64,000 nt of DNA, taken from contig JAFWFL010000120.1 of assembly GCA_017515595.1 (NCBI GenBank), positions 18,069-82,068 on the forward strand, in the 5' to 3' direction. The stretch's first letter is position 1; every line of letters begins with the position of its first letter. This document shows positions 45,457 through 55,270 of the stretch, one piece after another. Under the pieces are notes generated by a model, which had not been told where the DNA came from, did no database searches, and was given only the letters and a program-made list of their open reading frames with translations. Source of the DNA: Coriobacteriales bacterium. Its GTDB lineage: Bacteria; Actinomycetota; Coriobacteriia; Coriobacteriales; UMGS124. The translations under genes were made by a program, and so were the position numbers.

Positions 45457-46800
45457 ATGGCTTTAAAGAACATTCCCTATGATCAAAAGTACTATGATCC
45501 CGAGATCGAGACCATGCCTCGTCCCGAGCTCGAGAAATACCAGCTTAAGCTGCTTAAAGATGAGCTGCGATTTTCTTATGAGCACTGCCCCTATTACAAG
45601 CGCACATGGGATGAGCTGGGATTATCGCCTGATATTGAGTCTCTGAAGGATCTCGAGAAGTTCCCCTTTATTGACAAGAGCACCGAACGTGCTACCCAGG
45701 GCGTAGGCTCATTCTTTGGTGAGCTGTGCGGCTGCCCTGAGGACGACGTAGTTTACATGGCCACAAGCTCAGGCTCAACGGGCGTTCCAACCATGAGTCC
45801 CTTTAACCAGGATGACTTTGACCAGTTCATGGCCGCAGAAAGCCGCCTCTTCTGGCAGGCGGGCATGCGTCCTAATGACCGCTACCTTCACGGCATGAAC
45901 TTCGCATTGTACGTAGGCGGTCCCTGCGTTATTGGTGCACAAAACCTTGGCGCACTCGGTATTTGGGTTGGCGCTGTTCCGAGCGACCGTCTCCTGTGGG
46001 CCATGAAGCATTATCAGCCCACCTTTATGTGGTCAAGCCCCAGCTACGCATGGCTTCTCGGCCAAAAGGCCATTGAGAAGGGTTATGACCCCAAGGTCGA
46101 CTTCGCAAGCCTTAAGACCATTATTATCTCGGGTGAGCCGGGCGGCTCAATCCAGACAACCCGTAAGGCCATTGAGGACATTTGGGATGCAAGCGTTTAT
46201 GACTTCTTTGGTCTCTCTGACATTTATGGCGCCTGCGCAGGTATGTGCGAGTACAAAGACGGTCTCCACATTATTGAGGACCAGATTCTGGTCGAAACCG
46301 TTGACCCTGCAACCGGCGAAGTTCTTGAGCCCGGTCAAAAGGGCGAGCTTGTATACACCACCCTTCAAAAGCACGCACGTCCTATGATTCGCTTTGCGAC
46401 AGGCGACATTGGCTGGGTAGACAATACGCCTTGCAAGTGCGGCCGTACCCATGCCCGCATTCATATCTCGGGCCGCAAAGACCAGATGTTCATTGTAAGC
46501 GCCGTAAACGTATTCCCCTCTGACATTGAGTATGTAGTCCGTGCAGACGCAGGTCTCTCGGGCGAGTATCGTATTCGTGCGTATGATGAGAATTACACCA
46601 CAAAGTACGAGGTCTCGGTTGAGCGCGTGTTTGGCAGCGACGAGCCCTTTGACAAGATTGCCGAGCGTGTTGAGAATGCCCTTAAGACCCACACCGGCGT
46701 ACGTCCGTCACGCGTTTTGGTGTACGAGACAGACGGCCTTGGCGTATCTGCAGAGCACAAGGCTTCACGCTTTATTGACGAGCGCGAGCATAAGAACTAG
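45457..46800 (+). CDS. Phenylacetate-CoA ligase (PaaK)-like adenylate-forming enzyme
   Basis: 447 aa with the motif TSSGSTGVPT (AMP-binding P-loop-like). Length and sequence resemble the PaaK/F390-synthetase family. Confidence 0.75.
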   Translation: MALKNIPYDQKYYDPEIETMPRPELEKYQLKLLKDELRFSYEHCPYYKRTWDELGLSPDIESLKDLEKFPFIDKSTERATQGVGSFFGELCGCPEDDVVYMATSSGSTGVPTMSPFNQDDFDQFMAAESRLFWQAGMRPNDRYLHGMNFALYVGGPCVIGAQNLGALGIWVGAVPSDRLLWAMKHYQPTFMWSSPSYAWLLGQKAIEKGYDPKVDFASLKTIIISGEPGGSIQTTRKAIEDIWDASVYDFFGLSDIYGACAGMCEYKDGLHIIEDQILVETVDPATGEVLEPGQKGELVYTTLQKHARPMIRFATGDIGWVDNTPCKCGRTHARIHISGRKDQMFIVSAVNVFPSDIEYVVRADAGLSGEYRIRAYDENYTTKYEVSVERVFGSDEPFDKIAERVENALKTHTGVRPSRVLVYETDGLGVSAEHKASRFIDEREHKN

Positions 46801-46817
46801 GAGAGGAGCACAGACTC

Positions 46818-47468
46818 ATGTCAAATACCTTTGCCGTAAGCGGCCAGCATTATCTCTTTGATGTCCAGGCTTTTGCCCATACCGTTTTGCAGGCCGGAGG
46901 CGCCGAGTACTCGTATGCTCTCCGCGACCGTACCACACGCGGTGTTATTAACGATGTTGCCCAAGGTGCGAGCGAAATTGGCGTATTGCTCGAAACCCAA
47001 GGTACCGCAGGCGAGCTTGAAGCTGCAATAGAAGAAGCCGGCCTCGTATTTACGCCCCTTGTAGAAAGCTCTCCGCAGATTGCTCTGCCCAAGAGTCACC
47101 CGCTCAGCAATTCCAAGACCCTCTCCATTGAGGATCTCGCAGCCTGGCCGTATTTGTACTTTGAGCAGGAAGAAGATGCCGCAGTAGCCTTTGCCGAGGA
47201 AGCTCTGGCCCAGGTTCCGCGCGCTAAAACCGTTGCATGCACTGACCGTGCATCTTTGAGCGAACTTGCCTCGGCGCTCAACGGTTACACCGTAACAAGC
47301 GGCATTTTGGTTGGTATCACCGACGGCGGCTCCCTTACCACCATCCCGCTCGAGACTGATGTCAAGCTTATTCTTGGCTATGTGAGCAAAAAAGGCGCCG
47401 AGCTGAGCCCCCTCGCCCAAAAGTTTGTTTCATACCTTGATGCAAGCCTGAAGCGCTACGCAAAGTAA
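46818..47468 (+). CDS. Stand-alone LysR-type substrate-binding domain protein (no HTH)
   Basis: 216 aa. It aligns by eye with the effector domain of 44313-45251 (for example IPLETDVKLILGYVSKKG against IPLETDETMRVGYIVHKD). The start lies 18 nt after the ligase stop. Confidence 0.55.
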   Translation: MSNTFAVSGQHYLFDVQAFAHTVLQAGGAEYSYALRDRTTRGVINDVAQGASEIGVLLETQGTAGELEAAIEEAGLVFTPLVESSPQIALPKSHPLSNSKTLSIEDLAAWPYLYFEQEEDAAVAFAEEALAQVPRAKTVACTDRASLSELASALNGYTVTSGILVGITDGGSLTTIPLETDVKLILGYVSKKGAELSPLAQKFVSYLDASLKRYAK

Positions 47469-47496
47469 ACAAGATTCAGCTTTTAAAACTGCTTAA

Positions 47497-47536
47497 TAAA
47501 AAACCGCCGTGTTATCAGAGCGCGGCGGTTTTTTGA
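47497..47536. terminator. Bidirectional rho-independent terminator
   Basis: The arms aaaaaccgccg / cggcggttttt are flanked by A and T runs. It lies between convergent genes. Confidence 0.7.
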
Positions 47537-47553
47537 ACTAGAAAGAAACTTGA

Positions 47554-48246
47554 TTACGTTAGTTTGAGAGCGTTCACAAACCAGCTGGTAATGCTTGTGG
47601 GGTGTGTAATGGCGGTACCCACTACCACGCTCCAGGCGCCGGCTGCAATGGCGGCTTGGGCGTCGGCGGGGGAGTGGACACGGCCTTCGCAGACTACAGG
47701 GAATCCGGGGAACTCGGAAGTTGCCTGCTTGAGCAGAGCGATGTCGGGACCGTCGGCCATAGTGCAGTCTATGGCGGCAACGCCATGACTCAATGTGGTA
47801 GAAACAAGATCGCAACCGGCCGCAACGCCGCGACGTATATCTTCAATGGTCGCGCAGTCAGCCATAATAAGAGTAGACTCGGTAGCGCGAAGTCCGGCAA
47901 CTATTTCTTCGAACGTACTCCCGTCAGGGCGGGGGCGGTCTGTCGCATCAATGGCAACAATGTCTGCTCCTGCGGCAATGCAAGCACGCGCATGGCGCAG
48001 AGTGGGCGTGATATAGACGCCCTCATGGCCTTCTTTCCAAAGGCCAATGACCGGTATTTCTACCCGGCCTTTTATAGCTGCAATATCCGAGAGGCCCTGG
48101 CAACGTATGGCGGCAGCGCCTCCAAGCTCGCAGGCCCGGGCCATTTGCGCCATGGTTTCAGGGTGACGCAGAGGCTCGCCAATGTAAGCCTGACAGCTTA
48201 CAATAAGCTTTCCTTTGAGGCTCTCAATAAGAGCATTCATATGCAT
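47554..48246 (-). CDS. nanE: N-acetylmannosamine-6-phosphate 2-epimerase
   Basis: 230 aa. The sequence LIVSCQAYIGEPLRHPETMAQMARA... resembles NanE, and it sits in an operon with a ROK kinase and a DapA-family lyase. Confidence 0.8.
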   Translation of the reverse strand: MHMNALIESLKGKLIVSCQAYIGEPLRHPETMAQMARACELGGAAAIRCQGLSDIAAIKGRVEIPVIGLWKEGHEGVYITPTLRHARACIAAGADIVAIDATDRPRPDGSTFEEIVAGLRATESTLIMADCATIEDIRRGVAAGCDLVSTTLSHGVAAIDCTMADGPDIALLKQATSEFPGFPVVCEGRVHSPADAQAAIAAGAWSVVVGTAITHPTSITSWFVNALKLT

Positions 48247-48257
48247 CCTTCCTATGG

Positions 48258-49265
48258 TTATTGTGCCAGCTGTTCGAGGAGCTTCTCGGCTGCGCCAATG
48301 AGGGGAGCATGAGCGCCGAGCGTGGCGTCAACTACCTTGATGTCGCTGAATTCCTGCATAAGCCGGGAATGCAAACCGTCGTCGAGGGCCTGGCGCCAGA
48401 GCGGTCCGGCATTTGTTACAGAACCGGAGACTACTACGACGTCGGGATCAAAGATGCTGGCCCACGATGCAATGGATTCGCCAAGACTCCGCCCGGCTGT
48501 ATCCAGAATCTGAAGCGCGAGGGGTTCTCCGGCATAAGCGCGCTTTGAGATTTCAGGCCCGGTAATTCTCTCATACTCTTCAGGAGGTCTCCCTGCTTTA
48601 GCAGCCGCCTCACGGTAGCATGCTTCCATGCCGCTTCCGCTTGCTACAGCTTCCAGGTGGCCCTCAATGCCGCAGGCACACCGGTGTCCTTCTGCCAAAT
48701 GATGGAGCGTGTGACCAAGCATACCGGCAAAGCCGTGCTTGCCGTACAAAAGGTGGCCGTCCACAATAACCGCTCCGCCAACTCCTGTTCCTGTGGCAAC
48801 AACAAGAGCGGTTTGTGCTCCGGCAGCGCTGCCGTGTTTTAATTCACCCAGTGCATGGGCATGTACGTCGTTTAGCACCGCACAAGGGAGTCCAAAGGTT
48901 TGCTCAATATGCGCGCGTACCGGCTGCCCCATCCAACCGGGCATAATTTCATTGGCAAAAGCAATAGAGCCGTCATGAGGGTCAACGGTGCCCGCAGCGC
49001 TTATGCCAATTCCCAACACAGGTATACGTTTCGGGTCAGACTGGCCCTCGCCAGGTATAAAACCGGCTTCCTGTAAAAAGCTCTCGGCAAAAGCCGTTGC
49101 ACGCGCAAGTACGGCATCGCCGCCCTCTTTGGCGTTTGTGGGAATCGTGCGATACGACAATACTTGAGGTACGGGGTTCTCGTTTACGTTATAGCTCACA
49201 ATTCCGCCGGCAATTTTGGTGCCTCCCACATCAAGAGAGACAATGTTAAAAACCCTGGGATTCAA
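48258..49265 (-). CDS. nanK: ROK-family sugar kinase (likely N-acetylmannosamine kinase)
   Basis: LDVGGTKIAGG ATP-binding motif and the ROK Cys/His motif (HRCACGIEGHLE). Start proposed at the TTG at 49265 (GAAAGGA upstream). The ATG at 49322 is the alternative and overlaps nanA by 29 nt. Confidence 0.7.
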   Translation of the reverse strand: MNPRVFNIVSLDVGGTKIAGGIVSYNVNENPVPQVLSYRTIPTNAKEGGDAVLARATAFAESFLQEAGFIPGEGQSDPKRIPVLGIGISAAGTVDPHDGSIAFANEIMPGWMGQPVRAHIEQTFGLPCAVLNDVHAHALGELKHGSAAGAQTALVVATGTGVGGAVIVDGHLLYGKHGFAGMLGHTLHHLAEGHRCACGIEGHLEAVASGSGMEACYREAAAKAGRPPEEYERITGPEISKRAYAGEPLALQILDTAGRSLGESIASWASIFDPDVVVVSGSVTNAGPLWRQALDDGLHSRLMQEFSDIKVVDATLGAHAPLIGAAEKLLEQLAQ

Positions 49266-49293
49266 GCAACGTTTCCTTTCTAAAACAACCGGA

Positions 49294-50238
49294 TTACTCG
49301 CGAATTGGCGCGTCGCTTGCAATGAGATTTGCTTTCTTGAGCACCTCTACAATAGCTTTGACGTCGTCACCAACAAGCGCCTGTACCGGTTCGCGCATTT
49401 GGTTGGTCGAGAAGATCCCCATTTGCCAAAGGGCTGTTTTGAAGGAGCCCACGCCGGCGCCAAAGCCCACGGTTGCTTTTGATCCGCGCACAATGTACAT
49501 AAGGCGGGCAAGATAGTCTTGAATGCGTGCAACCTCTGGCCAATTGCCTGCTTGGAATGCTTTCCACTGAGCAACATACGAGTCAGGGTCAACGTTTGCA
49601 AGACCGGGAACACTACCGTCGGCGCCGGCAAGATAGCAACCGTCAACGCATACCTCATGGCCGGTGAACAGTTGCAAAGGATGACCAGCGTCTTCATTCT
49701 CGAGAATAAGCCACCTGAATGAGACGTCGTCGCCCGAGGAATCCTTGACGCCTTGGAGAACTCCGTCCTTACCCAGGCGTACGAGCATAGTGGGATCGAG
49801 CTTGGTGTGTACGCAAACAGGCAAGTCATAGGCATAAAGCGGGAGCGAGATATTCTCGTGAATAACCCTGAAATGACGCTCAACCTCACGCGGACCGCCC
49901 AGAGCATAGAACGGAGCTGTTGCAACTAGGCCGTCAACGCCAATTTTCTCGGCACGCTTTGCCTGCTCAACAACGCGCAGAGTTTCAATATCAATGATAC
50001 CTGCAAGAACCGGTACACGGCCTGCTACCACAGAGACAGCTTCGCTCAATATCTCATCGCGCTGAGCGTCGGTTGCAAATGCGACGCCGCCGCTTGAACC
50101 CAAGAAAAAGAGGCCGTTAACGCCGGCGTCTATCATGCGGTTAATATTGCGGGCAAACGAATCTTTATCGAGCAGGCGATCCTTGGTAAGGGGAACTACT
50201 ACCGGTGGTACAACGCCTTGCAAAGTTGAAATATCCAT
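49294..50238 (-). CDS. nanA: DapA-family class I aldolase, likely N-acetylneuraminate lyase
   Basis: 314 aa with GLFFLGSSGG and the general DapA/NAL pattern. The function is inferred from its nanK/nanE neighbours. Confidence 0.65.
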   Translation of the reverse strand: MDISTLQGVVPPVVVPLTKDRLLDKDSFARNINRMIDAGVNGLFFLGSSGGVAFATDAQRDEILSEAVSVVAGRVPVLAGIIDIETLRVVEQAKRAEKIGVDGLVATAPFYALGGPREVERHFRVIHENISLPLYAYDLPVCVHTKLDPTMLVRLGKDGVLQGVKDSSGDDVSFRWLILENEDAGHPLQLFTGHEVCVDGCYLAGADGSVPGLANVDPDSYVAQWKAFQAGNWPEVARIQDYLARLMYIVRGSKATVGFGAGVGSFKTALWQMGIFSTNQMREPVQALVGDDVKAIVEVLKKANLIASDAPIRE

Positions 50239-50318
50239 ATGTTCCTTCTCGGTTCAAAGATTATAGATAATGCCGCACCCTGAGAATGGGTGCGGCATTT
50301 GTGACACTAAAACAAAGG

Positions 50319-51167
50319 TTAAGCGCGAGGCTTCAATACGCTCTCGTCGGGATGTAAAAGCGAGGGAGCAGCGCCAAGCAGGAGTCTTGTGTAATCATCT
50401 TTGGGGTTGCTAAAGACTTCTTGTGCCGTGCCTTCTTCTACGGCAAGTCCACCGTTCATAACAACAATCCGGTCGCTGATGTAGCGCACAGTTTGAATGT
50501 CATGGCTAATGAACACCATAGCCAGGTTGAGTTCATGCTTAAGGTCCATAAGCAGGTTCAGAATCTGGGCACGAACCGAGACGTCAAGGGCGCTCGTGGG
50601 TTCGTCGGCAATAATGGCGTCGGGTTTGAGCGAAAGCGCACGGGCAATAGCTACACGCTGACGCTGTCCTCCCGAGAGCTGGCCCGGAAGCGCTTCCATA
50701 ACCGATGCCGGCAAACCTACCATCTCTATGAGGTCAAATGCCCGGCGTTCACGCTCTTCTGCCGTGCCAATGCCATGCACTAAAAGCGGGTCAATGAGCT
50801 GGTCATGAACGCTCATGCGGGCATTCAGAGCAGTTGCGGGATCCTGGAAAACTACTGAGATAACACGGCCAATCGTGCGTCTGTCGGCAGCAGTGCGGTT
50901 GGTAACATCCTTGCCTTTAAAGTAGACATGGCCACTGGTGGGTTTTTGAAGGCCGCACATAACATTTGCCGTAGTTGATTTGCCGCAGCCTGATTCTCCT
51001 ACAATGCCCAGAGTTTCGCCGGGCATGAGTTTGAGTGTGACACCGCGCACGGCATGAACCTTGTTGGGATGCAGAATAGAGCCGGTACGGGTTTTAAAGG
51101 TCACATGGACATCATCCAAGAAGATGATGGGGGTTTGCTCGGCCTTAGTTTCTTCGAGAGCAGCCAT
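50319..51167 (-). CDS. ABC transporter ATP-binding protein (peptide/Opp-Dpp type)
   Basis: Walker [10 protein letters not shown], signature LSGGQRQR and Walker B IIADEPTSALD. Confidence 0.85.
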   Translation of the reverse strand: MAALEETKAEQTPIIFLDDVHVTFKTRTGSILHPNKVHAVRGVTLKLMPGETLGIVGESGCGKSTTANVMCGLQKPTSGHVYFKGKDVTNRTAADRRTIGRVISVVFQDPATALNARMSVHDQLIDPLLVHGIGTAEERERRAFDLIEMVGLPASVMEALPGQLSGGQRQRVAIARALSLKPDAIIADEPTSALDVSVRAQILNLLMDLKHELNLAMVFISHDIQTVRYISDRIVVMNGGLAVEEGTAQEVFSNPKDDYTRLLLGAAPSLLHPDESVLKPRA

Positions 51168-53308
51168 TAGTTGTCACCTCCCGTGATATACCGTTTGATG
51201 CCCAAGCGTTTGAGCTCGTCATCAGGTAGTTCTGCATAATAGTGATCAGTATTGCCCACGCGTTTAAGAACAGGACGAACGTCTGAGACTTTGTCTGCAT
51301 GGCTTGAACGCGGAGTAAAACGGTCGCCCTGCGGGAAGTCTGCCGGACTCGGTACAGAGCCGGGAATTTGATGCAAGCGGTCGCCGCCGGCTTCGATAGA
51401 AAGTACCGAACCCAAAAGGCCGCGCGTGTACTCGTGTACGGGGTTGGTGAGAACGTCTTTGACCGGACCCTGCTCAACAACCTGGCCCGCGTACATGACG
51501 GTGAGCGAGTTTGCGACCTCGGCAACAAGCGCCAGGTCATGACTTACAAAGACCATTGCAAAGCCAAGCTCTTTCTGAAGTTTGTTCAAAAGATCAATAA
51601 CCTGTTTTTGAACGGTTACGTCAAGAGCGGTGGTGGGCTCGTCGGCAATAATGAGCTTGGGGTCGCGCGTAAGAGCCATAGCAATAAGAACGCGCTGGCG
51701 CTGTCCGCCCGAGAGCTCATGCGGGTACGAGTCAAGCGTACGGGCCGGGTCAAGGCCTACGAGTTCGAGAAGCTCCTCAGCCGTGCGGGTTCCTCCGCGC
51801 TTGGTAAGCTGCTTCATTTGAGCCTTGATAAGCATCGAGGGGTTAAGCGAAGAAAGAGCGTCCTGGTAAACCATTGAGATCTCATGGCCACGGAGAGCGT
51901 TCATTTCTTTTTCGCTCAGATCAAGAAGATTCTTGCCGTTATAAAGAATCTCGCCGGAGATCTTTGCGCGCTTGTCGAGAAGCCCCATGATGGCAAGCGA
52001 GGTAATTGACTTGCCACAGCCGGATTCTCCCACCAGACCCATGGTTTGACGGGGACGTACCACAAAGCTCACGTTGTCAACTACATTCACGTCGCCGTGA
52101 CGCGGGAACTTGATGCAGAGATTCTTGACTTCGAGTACGGGTTCGGCATCCGTTGTTGCTTCAAAGCGGTCGGTGCGTATTTCTTCCATAGCTTTGAGCT
52201 GGGCAAGGCGGTTCGAGAGCATCTCAGCCTGTGCAGCATAAGCAAGAGCCGGGTCAGCAACAAGGCGGTCAGCTTCGCGGTCAGTGTTGAGGTCTGAGTC
52301 GCTCGGCTTAATAGCAGCTTTGGGAGCAGCCATGGCGTCGGTGATTCCCTCAGAGAGAATATTGAGACACAAAACGGTAATAACAATGAGAAGGCCGGGG
52401 AAGAAGGCCTGCCACCATTTACCGGCAATGACAACCTGGCGTGCGTCTGCAAGGATATTGCCCCATGTGGGGTTATAGCTCTCAAGGCCTACACCGAGGA
52501 AGGAGAGCGAGGCTTCGAATACAATCGCGTCGGCTACCAGAACAATGGTAAATACCAAAACAGGCGCGAGGCAGTTGCGCATGACGTGCTTCCAGAGAAT
52601 CCAGGGAGCCCTTGCGCCTGAGACAACGACGGCGCGAACATAGTCCTGACCGTACTCACTTACCACGTTTGCGCGAACAATACGCGCAATCTGTGGTATG
52701 TACAAACAGCCTATTGCTAAGATGAGCGTTTGGACCGAGGCTTCACCAAAAGCAATAATAAGCGTAGTGGCAAGTGCGATACCCGGGAATGACATAATAA
52801 TGTCGAGGATACGCATGATAACTTCTGATACCCATTTGCGGCTAACCGCAGCAATAGAGCCAATGATTGAACCTATGACCAGAGCAAAAGCCGTAGCGCC
52901 AAGGCCAATGACAAGCGAGAACCGCGCACCAAACATAACGCGCGAAAGCACGTCGCGCATCTTGGCGTCAGTACCAAACGGATGCTCTATTGACGGCGGC
53001 TGCAGCGGTTTGAATGATGTCTCATATGGGCTGTAAGGTGCGAGGAAGTTTGCAAAGATTGCAATAAGAACAATGATAAGAATAACAATGAGAGAGATTC
53101 GTGCCGGAATGGTCATGTTCTTCCAGCGGCGGAAGCGCACTTTACCGGCATTTGCTTCAAGTTTACGGGTGAGGCCGCCTCTCAGCTGAGGACCCGGGAT
53201 AAGAGGTTTTTCGCCGGTAGCGGCTTCTACCTCGGCAGCGAGCTCGGTATCAAAGCGTTCCTCGGCTGCTTCGAGTTTTTCATTGAGTGTTTCATTCAGT
53301 GTTGACAT
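51167..53308 (-). CDS. Fused ABC permease (DppC/OppC-like) and ATP-binding protein
   Basis: 713 aa. The N-terminal half is multi-TM with a BPD-transporter permease pattern. The C-terminal half has [16 protein letters not shown] and [11 protein letters not shown]. Confidence 0.85.
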   Translation of the reverse strand: MSTLNETLNEKLEAAEERFDTELAAEVEAATGEKPLIPGPQLRGGLTRKLEANAGKVRFRRWKNMTIPARISLIVILIIVLIAIFANFLAPYSPYETSFKPLQPPSIEHPFGTDAKMRDVLSRVMFGARFSLVIGLGATAFALVIGSIIGSIAAVSRKWVSEVIMRILDIIMSFPGIALATTLIIAFGEASVQTLILAIGCLYIPQIARIVRANVVSEYGQDYVRAVVVSGARAPWILWKHVMRNCLAPVLVFTIVLVADAIVFEASLSFLGVGLESYNPTWGNILADARQVVIAGKWWQAFFPGLLIVITVLCLNILSEGITDAMAAPKAAIKPSDSDLNTDREADRLVADPALAYAAQAEMLSNRLAQLKAMEEIRTDRFEATTDAEPVLEVKNLCIKFPRHGDVNVVDNVSFVVRPRQTMGLVGESGCGKSITSLAIMGLLDKRAKISGEILYNGKNLLDLSEKEMNALRGHEISMVYQDALSSLNPSMLIKAQMKQLTKRGGTRTAEELLELVGLDPARTLDSYPHELSGGQRQRVLIAMALTRDPKLIIADEPTTALDVTVQKQVIDLLNKLQKELGFAMVFVSHDLALVAEVANSLTVMYAGQVVEQGPVKDVLTNPVHEYTRGLLGSVLSIEAGGDRLHQIPGSVPSPADFPQGDRFTPRSSHADKVSDVRPVLKRVGNTDHYYAELPDDELKRLGIKRYITGGDN

Positions 53309-53312
53309 AGCG

Positions 53313-54275
53313 CTACACCGTCCTTATGCGAGGATCAATAAGGATGTAGAGCATGTCGACAATAATGTTAATGATAATAAACGCTATTGCGACAACCAGC
53401 ACCACGCCTTGTACGAGCAGTGTCGAGCCGCCCACAATACCGGTAACAATCGAGTTACCCATACCGTTAAGCTGGAAGATAACTTCAATAACAACAGCGC
53501 CGCCAATGAGGTAACCAATGCGCAGACCCAAAACGGTAACAGGGGTAATAAGCGCGTTGCGCAAAACGTTGCGGGCTACCACAATTCCCTTGGGAATGCC
53601 AAAGCCCATGGCGGTACGCACATAGTCTTTGTCAAGCTCTTCTACCATTGATGTTCTGATAACACGGGTGAGCTGGCCTGCAACCGGAACCGCCAGCGCA
53701 AAAGCGGGAGTAAGCATGCGCATAAACCAGCCGCCAAAATCCTGACCTATATCCGGCAAGGGTCCCGAGAAGGGGAAGACCGTCTTCATACCCGTGTTAA
53801 AGATAAGCGTGATAAGCAAAACACCAAGCCAGAATGAAGGCATGGCGATGCAGATGATGCTTATAACACGAATAAGCTGGTCAGGCCAGCGATCCCTGAA
53901 CAATGCGGAGATAACGCCGAGAGGAACGGCGAACAAAAGCGCAATAATTAAGCCAAAAAATGTGAGCTGAAGCGTAATGGGCAACGACTCGGCAATTTTG
54001 TCGGCTACCGACATGTTAGAAGCGCCATAGGTGCCTAAATCGCCGTGGAGCAAACCGCCCATATAGTTGAGATACTGCACCCACAGGGGATCGTTGAGTC
54101 CGTGGGCTTCTCGATAAGCTTCCACCTGGGCTTGTGACGCGCTTTCGCCGAGTGCGGAATACGCAGGATCGACGGGCGACACCGCCATAAGGAAGAACAC
54201 GAGCAAAGTGACGCCAATAATCATAATAGGCAGCGCTATAAGACGTCTGCCTATGAGGCGCAGGAGGTTGCTCAT
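53313..54275 (-). CDS. ABC transporter permease (DppB/OppB-like)
   Basis: Start at the ATG at 54275 (AAGGGAGGA upstream). The sequence MSNLLRLIGRRLIALPIMIIGVTLLVF is typical of this permease family. Confidence 0.85.
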   Translation of the reverse strand: MSNLLRLIGRRLIALPIMIIGVTLLVFFLMAVSPVDPAYSALGESASQAQVEAYREAHGLNDPLWVQYLNYMGGLLHGDLGTYGASNMSVADKIAESLPITLQLTFFGLIIALLFAVPLGVISALFRDRWPDQLIRVISIICIAMPSFWLGVLLITLIFNTGMKTVFPFSGPLPDIGQDFGGWFMRMLTPAFALAVPVAGQLTRVIRTSMVEELDKDYVRTAMGFGIPKGIVVARNVLRNALITPVTVLGLRIGYLIGGAVVIEVIFQLNGMGNSIVTGIVGGSTLLVQGVVLVVAIAFIIINIIVDMLYILIDPRIRTV

Positions 54276-54530
54276 GTCATCCTCCCTTCTCTTAACTTGG
54301 CATGCGTTCCCACGAACCAACGTACTCGCAAGCAATCATGCCGGTGCGTGTACAGACAGAGTGTATTTTAGCGGATTTTTTGTGCTGATAGTGCGTGAAT
54401 GTCAACGAATTATCAAAAGGACAGTAAGTAAAGTTTGGACCCATGGGATGTCAAAATCTCCCATGGGTCCAAACTGTTTGTCATACTATAAGATTCTTAG
54501 ACTGGCTGAGCAGCCGGTCTGTTTAAAATG

Positions 54531-55270
54531 TTAGTTTGCCGGTACGAAATTATCTTTATAAGTTTCACCGCAACGCGCGCATTTATAGAGATCATATCCG
54601 TCTTGGCCTCTGGAAGGAAGAACCTTGGTCACAAAATACCAGTCATGCCCAAGAGCATCTCCACCCTCGAAATACTCAAGATATTCTGCTCCGCAAACGC
54701 TGCATCTCCAGCCCTTATATCCGGCATGTGTGCAGTCAGGCGGGCTGCCACCTTCGCGTTCCCAACTATGACCGGCTGCCGGTACGTAATTGTCGGTATA
54801 TTCCTCACCGCAGCGTGAGCATTTATAGAGATCGTACCCGTCTTCTTCACAGGTGGGAGGAACCGTGGTTACATAATACCAGTCATGCCCGAGAGGATCT
54901 CCGCCCTCGAAATACTCAAGATATTCTGCTCCGCAAACAGTGCATCTCCAACCCTTGTATCCGGCATGTGTGCAGTCAGGCGGGCTGCCGCCTTCGCGTT
55001 CCCAGTTATGGCCGGTTGCCGGTACGAAATTGTTGGCGTATTCCTCGCCGCAGCGTGAGCACCTGTAGAGATCATACCCGTCTTCTTCACAGCTGGGAGG
55101 AACTGTTCCTGCAAAATGCCAGTCATGTCCGAGTGCGGGCGCATCATCGAGATACTCGAAATACGACTCATAGCAATAGGTGCAAACCCAAGCCTTGAAT
55201 CCGGGTTCCGTACAAGAGGCCGGGCTGCCGCCTTCGCGTTCCCAATTGTGGCCGGTAGCGGGATATATAT
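54531..55270. repeat. About 3 tandem copies of a 240-bp unit encoding the Cys-rich modules
   Basis: ccggcatgtgtgcagtcaggcgggctgcc occurs at 54721 and 54961 (period 240). A diverged copy lies at 55201. Confidence 0.85.
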
